DNA of 32,000 bases from Candidatus Jordarchaeales archaeon. GTDB taxonomy: Archaea; Asgardarchaeota; Jordiarchaeia; Jordiarchaeales; Freyrarchaeaceae. How positions within the stretch are numbered: the stretch's first letter is position 1; every line of letters starts with the position of its first letter. Below the pieces are notes generated by a model, which made no database searches, was not told the origin of the DNA, and saw only the letters and a list, made by a program, of their open reading frames with translations. Where the stretch lies: the NCBI GenBank assembly GCA_038858525.1, contig JAWCFL010000006.1, forward strand, positions 1 to 32,000, read 5' to 3'. Below, one piece after another: positions 24,610-32,000 of the stretch. The position numbers and the translations under genes are program-made.

Positions 24610-26346
24610 TTAATCTTGAAGGAAGTTTCTGTCTGGGTCAAAGTACCGTAGCATCATGAGTTCTTTTATTGTGGGGCTTTCTGTCTCCTTTAAGTCTTCA
24701 GATATTTTAAGGCTCCACCCCGTCTCCGCCCTTATCTTCTCAATTATCTCTTTTCTTCCAAGCCCTTTCTGGGGGAAGTACTCCGTGAGAACAAATTCTT
24801 CATCTACTTTTTCAAAAACCCCTCTGGTCGTTACAAGCGTTGTAACGTTCCTTCCCGGCGCCGTCACATATGGTACTCTTTCGACAAGCCTCAGTGGAGA
24901 ATGCTTCACTAGAACAATCACTTCCTCGGCGGTTGATGCTACGTCATTAGCACCGCCTGAGCCAACCAGATACGTTACCCCCGGTATCAATGTGGAGTTT
25001 ATGTTTCCATACTTGTCAACTTGACCGGCTCCTAAAACCCCCATGCTTTTATTGTTCTCCCTTCCCATAATTGCCCCAAGAACTTGCATGGAGCCTAGCA
25101 GACCCTTACATGTAGGAATATTAGCCATGTTAAACACAAACGGGTTTGCTGGACGAGGCAAGTAACCATAAAAGCCGATCTCCGCCACCAAGTCAACTGG
25201 GTAACCTTTCTCCTTAAGTGCATACGTAGCTATCCAAGCGGCAAGGTTTGCGCCCCCTATACCTGCCAGTATAATTCTGTAACCTTTCTTAGCGCACTTC
25301 TCAGCTATTTTTCTCGCTCCTACAAGTATCATTCTTTCGACGCTTAGGGGCTCCTCGCTCCTAGATATTCGTTCCTCTTTTTCCTTCAACTCGCGCCTCC
25401 AGCCATCCTCCCTGGCTTTCCCGATAAGATAGAAAAGCCTTTCGAATCCAAGCTTCTTCAAGTATCCTTCATGGTCAACGCTCAGGACCCAATCTTCAAC
25501 CCACTCGCTCAGCTTTTCCTCGCTCTCTGTCGCCTTTCTGAAATCAACTATGAAGTCGTAGTCTTCAGCGTAGCCTCCCCCCATATGTTCAGGGACGTAG
25601 AGAGCTGAAGGGTGCGCGCCGAAAGGCGCCTCTACGACGGCCTCTACGAGATATCCCGGAATACGTACAAGGTGGGCATGCCGTCTTATAAAGTCTTTTT
25701 CGACTATTCTCTCAACAGTTACTATCACACCTTTTTTGCTGGCGTAAGCCCCCCAAGGAATCACTCCCTCGCCTGACGGAGGAAACATTATGGTGTTCCC
25801 TTCACTATCAGCGCACCACCCATGATACACGGAGATGTCCGGCTTGATCGCCCTAACAACCCCCGTCTTTTTTCCAGTGAACGGATCCTCGATAAACTTA
25901 AACCCTTCATTTTCCGCCATGCTTGACCCGGCTATGGACCTTGTTGGCATAAAACCTAAATTAAGAGCTCCAGCCATGAGACCTTGACATATAGCCAAAA
26001 GAGACCAGTTCTCATATTTAACGCTACCATCGATATAGCTCCTCTGAACTATAGGCGATGGGGCAGGTGAAGGGTATATGTGGCCAGCATAAGATGTCAC
26101 AACTTCCTTTACTAGTCCCCCACAAACTGGAAGCTCAATGTTTATTCCTCCGCCAGGTGTAACCAGTCTAAACCCTGTTTTTCTCCCCCAGAAAACCCTA
26201 CACAGCTCGTAACAAAAGCAGTAGGACAAAGTGTGCGTGGCTCCGAGGTGAATGAGAAAACCAGGATTAACGAGTTTCTCCACAGCTTCTCTAATAGTCA
26301 TAACTTTATTTACTCCCTCAAATTCCAAGTCAAATAAATTCAGCAA
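24610..26346 (-). CDS. Family I CoA-transferase, fused alpha+beta subunits (glutaconate/3-oxoadipate CoA-transferase-like)
   Basis: Alpha: IKPDISVYHG..AD.EGN, VTVERIV, VVEAPFGAHPS. Beta: LAGIG, AEIG, GAGQVDKYGNINST, GSGGANDV, LVTTRGVF. Start may be 26301. Confidence 0.85.
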   Translation of the reverse strand: MLNLFDLEFEGVNKVMTIREAVEKLVNPGFLIHLGATHTLSYCFCYELCRVFWGRKTGFRLVTPGGGINIELPVCGGLVKEVVTSYAGHIYPSPAPSPIVQRSYIDGSVKYENWSLLAICQGLMAGALNLGFMPTRSIAGSSMAENEGFKFIEDPFTGKKTGVVRAIKPDISVYHGWCADSEGNTIMFPPSGEGVIPWGAYASKKGVIVTVERIVEKDFIRRHAHLVRIPGYLVEAVVEAPFGAHPSALYVPEHMGGGYAEDYDFIVDFRKATESEEKLSEWVEDWVLSVDHEGYLKKLGFERLFYLIGKAREDGWRRELKEKEERISRSEEPLSVERMILVGARKIAEKCAKKGYRIILAGIGGANLAAWIATYALKEKGYPVDLVAEIGFYGYLPRPANPFVFNMANIPTCKGLLGSMQVLGAIMGRENNKSMGVLGAGQVDKYGNINSTLIPGVTYLVGSGGANDVASTAEEVIVLVKHSPLRLVERVPYVTAPGRNVTTLVTTRGVFEKVDEEFVLTEYFPQKGLGRKEIIEKIRAETGWSLKISEDLKETESPTIKELMMLRYFDPDRNFLQD

Positions 26347-26461
26347 TCGTAACGCCTCCCAAAAAGAACATCATTCCCTAAAAAAGTATCAAGTTCCTTC
26401 TCCAGATAAATCTCTATCAGTTTCTTTTGCACCAAAATTTAGAGACCAGCATCATTTCACG

Positions 26462-26776
26462 CTACACTCTGAAAACGCATTTACATGGATTCTGGCCACA
26501 CCTAGGACATTTTCCCGGATACTTCTTCATGGCGGCTTCTTCGATGTCCACGTCCAATACATTAGCTAGCGACGCGAGCCAAGCAAAAACATCAGCGAAC
26601 TCCTCCTCGATCTTGCTTTTATCTCCGCTTCTAATTGCACGCGCCAACTCGCCAACCTCACTGATAAGCCAAGCAAAGTTTCCGAGAACTCCTCTCTTAG
26701 AGTCATTCTCAAAGTACAAGTCATGCATTAGCTTCTGGAATTCTCTAATCTCCAAAACAGAACCCTCCATCAACAC
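26462..26776 (-). CDS. MazG-like nucleotide pyrophosphohydrolase
   Basis: ISEVGELARAI...EEEFADVFAWLASLANV and KYPGKCPRCG..PCKC. Confidence 0.9.
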   Translation of the reverse strand: MLMEGSVLEIREFQKLMHDLYFENDSKRGVLGNFAWLISEVGELARAIRSGDKSKIEEEFADVFAWLASLANVLDVDIEEAAMKKYPGKCPRCGQNPCKCVFRV

Positions 26777-26948
26777 AATACCGATCTTTCCGCCATTTAA
26801 CTCTTCATAGTCCTTTAATCATATTACTCCAGAGCGATTATACCGTTTCCTCTTATCGATAAGATAGCGTCGCCAACAAACCATCTTCGGGAAACAACCC
26901 CCTCAAAAAATAAACTACTAGTTGAAAGACACCATTAAAAATACAGTA

Positions 26949-26965
26949 CCCCCCATTAAGGGGGG
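26949..26965 (-). terminator. Putative terminator hairpin downstream of ppaC
   Basis: Minus strand CCCCCC-TTAAT-GGGGGG followed by TACTGTATTTTT, 24-40 nt after the ppaC stop. Confidence 0.35.
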
Positions 26966-26988
26966 CTTAACGTTATAAAAAGTATTAC

Positions 26989-27909
26989 TTATCCGAAAGC
27001 TTTCTCTAAAGGTGGAATTACCTCTTTTTTCCTTGACATAACTCCTTCTAGGTAAACTGACCCGTCTTTGACTCTTTTTCCGAAGGCCTTCTCCACCACA
27101 TCGATCCTTTCGCCCACTGCTAAAAGCTCCGTTCCCTCCTTTATAATGTCCGTAAGCATCATGAGGATCAAACCGTATTTTCCTTCGCTTCTCTTTCTCT
27201 CCATTTCTTCAAGGATCTCCTTTTTCCGCTCTAGCGCCTCTTGCAAGTCGAAGACTTCAACCTGGCCCACTCCAACCTTGACTCCCTTAAACTCGTAGTC
27301 TTTGAAGTCAGCCATCAAAATTTCTGAGGCAGTTTTACCCCTGAGGCTGGCTTTCGCTTTCTTAATTTCAATCCCGAATCTCTCCGGGTCAACTTTAACC
27401 ATCTCCGCTAGTTTTAGCGCTACTTCCCTATCAACTGGAGTGCACGTAGCCGATTTGAAGACGACAGTGTCGGATAATATCGCGGCAAGCAGTATCCCTG
27501 CCACCTCGTAGGGGACCTTAATTCCCTTCTCAAAGTACTTTTTGGCCACTAGGGTTGCTGTTGAGCCGACTGGCTCAGCGTGGAACAGTATGGGCTCAGG
27601 ATACTTAAAATCTATCTTGTGGTGGTCGAGCACCTCAAGTATTTCGGCGTTCTCAACTCCATTGACAGCCTGTGCAAACTCGTTGTGGTCGACGAGTATA
27701 AGCTTCTTCCCCTTCGCATCCTTCAAGAGAGGCGGAACATTGACCTTAAAGTAGTTCAGAACGTATTCTGTTTCGGGGTTTATCTCATCAGCCCTAGCAG
27801 CCTCAGCGTTCACTCCCTCAACTTCCCTCTTAAACTTGGCATAAGCTATGGCTGAACACACCGAGTCCGTGTCCGGAGCCTTATGCCCTACAACGTATAC
27901 ATCAGCCAC
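26989..27909 (-). CDS. ppaC: Manganese-dependent inorganic pyrophosphatase (DHH family II)
   Basis: GHKAPDTDSVCSA, LVDHNE, DHH, GSTAT, AILSDT, DFKDY, GVMSRKK. Confidence 0.96.
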   Translation of the reverse strand: MADVYVVGHKAPDTDSVCSAIAYAKFKREVEGVNAEAARADEINPETEYVLNYFKVNVPPLLKDAKGKKLILVDHNEFAQAVNGVENAEILEVLDHHKIDFKYPEPILFHAEPVGSTATLVAKKYFEKGIKVPYEVAGILLAAILSDTVVFKSATCTPVDREVALKLAEMVKVDPERFGIEIKKAKASLRGKTASEILMADFKDYEFKGVKVGVGQVEVFDLQEALERKKEILEEMERKRSEGKYGLILMMLTDIIKEGTELLAVGERIDVVEKAFGKRVKDGSVYLEGVMSRKKEVIPPLEKAFG

Positions 27910-27968
27910 CTAAACTCCCCCTTAACAAATCTACCGAAGCAGTCCTTTTCACTACTATAAATCAATTT

Positions 27969-29435
27969 TCATCCGACAGAGGGCAGCCCAGCATAACATA
28001 GTCCTCGATTGATCCTTGTCTCGGCCTCGCCTTTAAGCTTAAGGGCCTTAATCATCTGAACCGCCTCCTCAACGGTGTGGGCGACTGGGACGCCGTTCAG
28101 CTCAAACCCCTCGACGATCATTTGGTATTTTTGAACCCAGGGAACGTAAGCTACAACGGGCTTCTTGTATTTTCTCACTATGTTTGCCGCTCTTCGGCCG
28201 AGCTGCATGCTTATGGTTGGTGGATATGGTAACATTAACAATATGACCGCTTCGACTTTCTCGTTTTTCATCAAGTACTCCGCTACTTTTTCAACATCAT
28301 TGTCCACTAAGCTACCTGTTAAGTCTATGGGGTTTCTCAGGCTTGCTATTGGAGCCGCTGAAGGGTTAAGAAGCCTCCTCATCTCCTCTTGCTCTTCCTC
28401 CGTGAATTCCACGAGGTTCAACCCGTACTTCGCGCATAGATCAGAACATAGTACTCCATGTCCGCCCGATATGGTGAGGATCGCCACATCCCCCCTCCTT
28501 ATTGAAGGAAGCCTGAATGAGAGCACCTTGCTGAACGTTATAATCTCATACTCGTTTTCAGCCTCTATTATGCCCCATTGCTTGAATGCTGCTGATGCAA
28601 TGCTGGAAGCCGTCATTACGGAGCCTGTATGGCTGGCGGTTGCCCGCCTCCCATATTCGCTTTTCCCAGCCTTAAAGACTACGACAGGCTTCTTCTCGAA
28701 GCATTCTGCTGCCTTTCTGAGGAACAGCGCTCCTTCTTTCTCCCTAAACCCTTCAAGGTAAATCGTTATAAGCTTCGTTCTCGGGTCGCTTTTAAAATAC
28801 TCTAAGAGGACGTTCTCATCTATCACCGCCTTGTTTCCAACATTTATGGCGACCGAGACGCCTATTTTCCTCTCGGCATATTTGCTGAAGAACTGGTCTA
28901 CTAGCACTCCTCCAGACTGGCTAATGACAGCAACGTTGCCAGGAGGGGGCGTAACAAGCCTCTCACTTGGAAGGAAGAACGTGTCAACGTAGGGCGGACT
29001 GTAAACTCCCACGCAGTTCGGCCCTATCACCGCCATGTCGTATTTCTTCGCTATCCTAATAAGCTGATCCTGCCTTTTGACGCCTTCATCCCCAATCTCG
29101 GCAAACCCTCCCGAAACCACCACGGCACCCTTAACACCTACCTCACCACACTCCTCCAGTATACCATTAACGGCTTCAGCATGCACACAAATAACCACTA
29201 AATCTATATTCTTCGGGACGTCCGAAACAGACCTGTAAAGCTCCCTGTCATCGAGTATTCCACCCCGAGGGTTAACTCCGAAAACTTCTACCTCCATTTC
29301 ATGGAGGTTCTTTTGATATATCACTGTTCCGGGGCTCAACGGATTTATTTGCGAAACACCCACAACGCATAGGGTTCTAGGCTGAAAGACCGCCTTCAGA
29401 TCCAAGTGTTCACCACCTCGAAGCCTAAGCATCAC
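27969..29435 (-). CDS. Second ADP-forming acyl-CoA ligase alpha subunit (CoA-binding protein)
   Basis: PRTLCVVGVS, SGGFAE, GPNCVG, SQSGG, VGNKA, YLEG, FKAGKS...ASHTG, NPIDL. Probable start is the TTG near 29405 (LDLKAVF). Confidence 0.9.
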   Translation of the reverse strand: MMLRLRGGEHLDLKAVFQPRTLCVVGVSQINPLSPGTVIYQKNLHEMEVEVFGVNPRGGILDDRELYRSVSDVPKNIDLVVICVHAEAVNGILEECGEVGVKGAVVVSGGFAEIGDEGVKRQDQLIRIAKKYDMAVIGPNCVGVYSPPYVDTFFLPSERLVTPPPGNVAVISQSGGVLVDQFFSKYAERKIGVSVAINVGNKAVIDENVLLEYFKSDPRTKLITIYLEGFREKEGALFLRKAAECFEKKPVVVFKAGKSEYGRRATASHTGSVMTASSIASAAFKQWGIIEAENEYEIITFSKVLSFRLPSIRRGDVAILTISGGHGVLCSDLCAKYGLNLVEFTEEEQEEMRRLLNPSAAPIASLRNPIDLTGSLVDNDVEKVAEYLMKNEKVEAVILLMLPYPPTISMQLGRRAANIVRKYKKPVVAYVPWVQKYQMIVEGFELNGVPVAHTVEEAVQMIKALKLKGEAETRINRGLCYAGLPSVG

Positions 29436-29493
29436 TCAGCGGAGCAGAAAATTAATTTTCCGTATTGAAACCATATTTAACGGTGTACCCCTC

Positions 29494-30228
29494 TTGCCCG
29501 CCGCGATCCTTGTCGGATGTTGTGGCTTCCCGACGGGAATGAAACGCTACGTGAAGGAATTCAAGGTGGCTGAAGTCCAAAAAACGTTCTATAAGCCCCC
29601 CTCACCTGAAACACTCAAAAAGTGGCGTGCCTCAGCTCCGGAGGAATTCGAATTTACAGTTAAAGCTTGGCAGATAATAACGCACCCACCCACTTCTCCA
29701 ACCTATAGAAAGGCAGGACTAAAAATTAATTCATCATCCGAGACCGGCTTTTTTAGACCGACACGCGAAGTTTTTGATGCTTGGGAAAAGGTACGAGAGG
29801 TCTGCAGCATTCTTAAGGCGAAGGTATGCGTTTTTCAGACCCCACCCAGCTTTAAAGAGACCCAAGAAAATAGGAAAAACATGAAGGAGTTTTTCTCGTC
29901 GATCGACTCAGGCGGCGTCACACTCGCGTGGGAGCCTAGAGGATGGAGCTTGGAAACTGTTAGAAGCATCTGCGAAGAACTTAACTTAGTTCACGTCACA
30001 GACCCGTTCGCCTCGCCACCCGCCTTGGAGCGCGAAATAATCTACTTCAGGCTTCACGGCTCTCCTCCAGGTGAAAGGCTCTATCGCTACCGCTACACCG
30101 AGAATGACCTTCGCCAGCTTGCTAGTAAAATAAAAGGGCTGAAAGGGAGAATCTATGTTCTCTTCAACAACATATGGATGCGTGACGACGCATTAGCCTT
30201 CACGCATGTTTTAGAGAAGCATGTCTAG
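29494..30228 (+). CDS. DUF72 domain protein
   Basis: VGCCGF, EVQKTFYKPP, FEFTVKAWQIITH, FQTPPSF, WEPRG, YFRLHG, YVLFNN. Confidence 0.92.
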   Translation: MPAAILVGCCGFPTGMKRYVKEFKVAEVQKTFYKPPSPETLKKWRASAPEEFEFTVKAWQIITHPPTSPTYRKAGLKINSSSETGFFRPTREVFDAWEKVREVCSILKAKVCVFQTPPSFKETQENRKNMKEFFSSIDSGGVTLAWEPRGWSLETVRSICEELNLVHVTDPFASPPALEREIIYFRLHGSPPGERLYRYRYTENDLRQLASKIKGLKGRIYVLFNNIWMRDDALAFTHVLEKHV

Positions 30229-30467
30229 TGGCCCAGCACATGCCTCCTTAACACCTTCTCGCCTGGACGATACTTTTCAGCGATTTCGACAAGCTTCTTG
30301 CAAATCTCGTTATGCTCAGGAGCGCACCTCTCTAACACTGATTCTCCCTTAATCGCCACCGCAGTGTTCTCAACGACTCTGATTAGCTCCGTCGCCATCA
30401 CACTGCAAACCCACACCAGGTCTCTTAAAATCTCTAAAACAGCTGTTTTAAATTCCTCGTCGCTCAT
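30225..30467 (-). CDS. Hypothetical helical protein, 80 aa
   Basis: ATG overlaps the radical SAM stop (ATGA 30467-30464) and the stop overlaps the DUF72 stop; protein-like composition. Confidence 0.7.
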   Translation of the reverse strand: MSDEEFKTAVLEILRDLVWVCSVMATELIRVVENTAVAIKGESVLERCAPEHNEICKKLVEIAEKYRPGEKVLRRHVLGH

Positions 30468-31636
30468 TCTTCACCACTCCAACTCAACTTAACTTGCTTT
30501 GGAGTGCAAGGCGTCGCACAAACCTTGCACTCTCCCCCACAACTTTCAACAGGTATAAAATTTCCGTCTCTCTTCTTCACGGGGGGAAAACGAAACCCTT
30601 CACACTTGTCCCCTATCCAGAGATCCCTCATCCCCTCCATGCAGAGGCCATAAGTGGTCTTTGTACCCGACCTACTGATCAGGTCTCTTATCTGCTTGAG
30701 TTTTTCAAACCTGTATTTCCACTCTACAACATGGTATCCTGAAATAACACTTCCCCTAGCAAACAGCTTCTCGTACTTCTTGATGAGCCAATCTAACCCA
30801 TTTTCCCTAAACCAGAAATACAAATACTCCTTATGGCTTAACGAAGAGGCCCTTATCCCCACGAAGCTCCCTACTATGTGATCCACCTCCAGATCTAAGG
30901 CTAAACAAGTTAACTCCTTTATCTGCTCTGATCCATCAGTAAGGAAGGGCATGTGCGGGTCCTCCCTAAGAACAGTGAAAACCCCATGGTCCTTCGCTCT
31001 CATGATGCTTTTAATTCTCAAGTGTGGTGGAGGCGCGTTTGGCTCAAGAAGACGGGAAACCTCTTCATCCAATGTGTTAAGAGAAACCTGTAGGGCGAAA
31101 AACGGGAAACCCTCAACTACCCTAAGCATTCTAAGCGGCACCTCTCCTTTCGTCACAAGGTAAAAGGGAACCCCTTCATCAACGAAAAACTCAGCCAGTT
31201 TAACTGTTAACTCGGCCAATTCACGTGTAGCCAGCGGGTCACTTACCGGTGACATGTAGACTGGCTTCACGATACGGGCATTCTGCACAAACCGCCTGAC
31301 TCTCTCAAAAATGCCCCTCCTTAGGAAGAAAACTCCATGAGGAGGAGAAGACGGCATAGCTCTCGCGTAACAGTAAACACATTCATGAGCACATCCATCC
31401 GTAATGTTGAGAGAATACCTGCTTCGCAAACACTCCATACCCGCAGTTTTAAGGGGCACTCCTCCAAATTTCCTCTCCACCTTCAAAACGGGCACCTGTT
31501 TCTTTCTCCTCCAATAACCTAGAAAGCACTCCGGGTGCCCCCCCAAACTAATGTTCCCGATTTTAACCGGCTTCTTCTCTATCCTTCCACCACAAACATA
31601 GCACTCATCAGGGACAAGCTTCCAAACCCAATTCAC
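30464..31636 (-). CDS. Radical SAM protein, spore-photoproduct-lyase-like family, with extra N- and C-terminal Cys motifs
   Basis: LNITDGCAHECVYCYA (CxxxCxxC), YMSPVSDP, LVTKG, LEPNAPPPHLR, DPHMPFLTD. Confidence 0.85.
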   Translation of the reverse strand: MNWVWKLVPDECYVCGGRIEKKPVKIGNISLGGHPECFLGYWRRKKQVPVLKVERKFGGVPLKTAGMECLRSRYSLNITDGCAHECVYCYARAMPSSPPHGVFFLRRGIFERVRRFVQNARIVKPVYMSPVSDPLATRELAELTVKLAEFFVDEGVPFYLVTKGEVPLRMLRVVEGFPFFALQVSLNTLDEEVSRLLEPNAPPPHLRIKSIMRAKDHGVFTVLREDPHMPFLTDGSEQIKELTCLALDLEVDHIVGSFVGIRASSLSHKEYLYFWFRENGLDWLIKKYEKLFARGSVISGYHVVEWKYRFEKLKQIRDLISRSGTKTTYGLCMEGMRDLWIGDKCEGFRFPPVKKRDGNFIPVESCGGECKVCATPCTPKQVKLSWSGEE

Positions 31637-31773
31637 TCAACACACCACCAATCAACTCTTAATAAATAATCAAAGGCTTCTTTTAAACCGTCGCCTACAC
31701 ATCTAACATCGACAAAAATCAGCATCCTGCAAGTGAGAATTTAAAACTCAAGAAAGGGGGGAAGGGAAGATGG

Positions 31774-32000
31774 CTAGTATATGTATGACTGAAACTCGAT
31801 CTCGCTTCCTCTGCTTTCTTCTTTCGTTTCTTCAGCTTCTTCTCTGATTCCGTCATTTTCTATGGGCAAGTTAAGATATTTTTTAATGGTCTTCAAAAGC
31901 AACTTAGCTGCTTCCATATCGGTTTTTCCGGTTACGGCAACTTTGCTATCAACTTTTGAGAGGAGGATCACTCCCTCGATTCCGTACTTTTCCTTTGCTA
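31774..32000 (-). CDS. PAC2-family proteasome assembly chaperone-like protein, C-terminal part (5' end outside window)
   Basis: Frame open to the edge: AKEKYGIEGVILLSKV...DMEAAKLLLKTIKKYLNLPIE..GIREEAEE...SYIY, resembling archaeal PAC2 C-termini. Confidence 0.6.
   Translation of the reverse strand, partial: AKEKYGIEGVILLSKVDSKVAVTGKTDMEAAKLLLKTIKKYLNLPIENDGIREEAEETKEESRGSEIEFQSYIY

Noticed and set aside
26851-26864. 14-bp palindrome TCTTATCGATAAGA upstream of the MazG gene
   Set aside because: Single occurrence, no adjacent regulator and no second copy seen; cannot be told from chance.
1-32000. CRISPR array, rRNA, SRP or RNase P RNA
   Set aside because: No regularly spaced repeats and no long GC-rich structured intergenic segment other than the tRNA.

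Overview
32-kb window of an archaeal chromosome with dense gene packing, TTG/GTG starts, GGAGG/GGGGTG ribosome-binding sites, archaeal aRF1/TyrRS/ValRS and an intron-containing tRNA. A longin-like gene, a roadblock/LC7 gene and a V4R-like gene suggest an Asgard-type, probably thermophilic lineage (inference). The left end has a truncated IS607-family tnpA, an AT-rich palindrome-rich spacer and the longin / orphan / V4R / roadblock cluster. Next is a tRNA-Ile(GAU) gene (2656-2815, minus) that folds into a clean cloverleaf only after removing FOUR introns (D arm, anticodon loop, two in the T arm) and has C rather than U at position 55; this is the most striking item. The middle holds an acyl-CoA dehydrogenase with a C-terminal wHTH-like extension, an amidohydrolase, valS, aRF1, a DNPH1-like hydrolase, a flavin reductase, tyrS, a PAP2 phosphatase, an ADP-forming acyl-CoA synthetase alpha subunit, an HTH regulator, a TM+LbH protein and an MBL hydrolase. 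Two tandem polytopic-membrane subtilases follow; they have non-canonical active-site motifs and share a 290-bp perfectly identical block despite otherwise strong divergence. The right end has a Rossmann/Cys-rich protein, two small convergent ORFs (one missed by the ORF track), galT, a fused CoA-transferase, MazG, ppaC, a second ACD alpha, DUF72, an SPL-like radical SAM protein with extra Cys motifs and a truncated PAC2-like gene. All calls come from motif recognition by eye; no searches were run.
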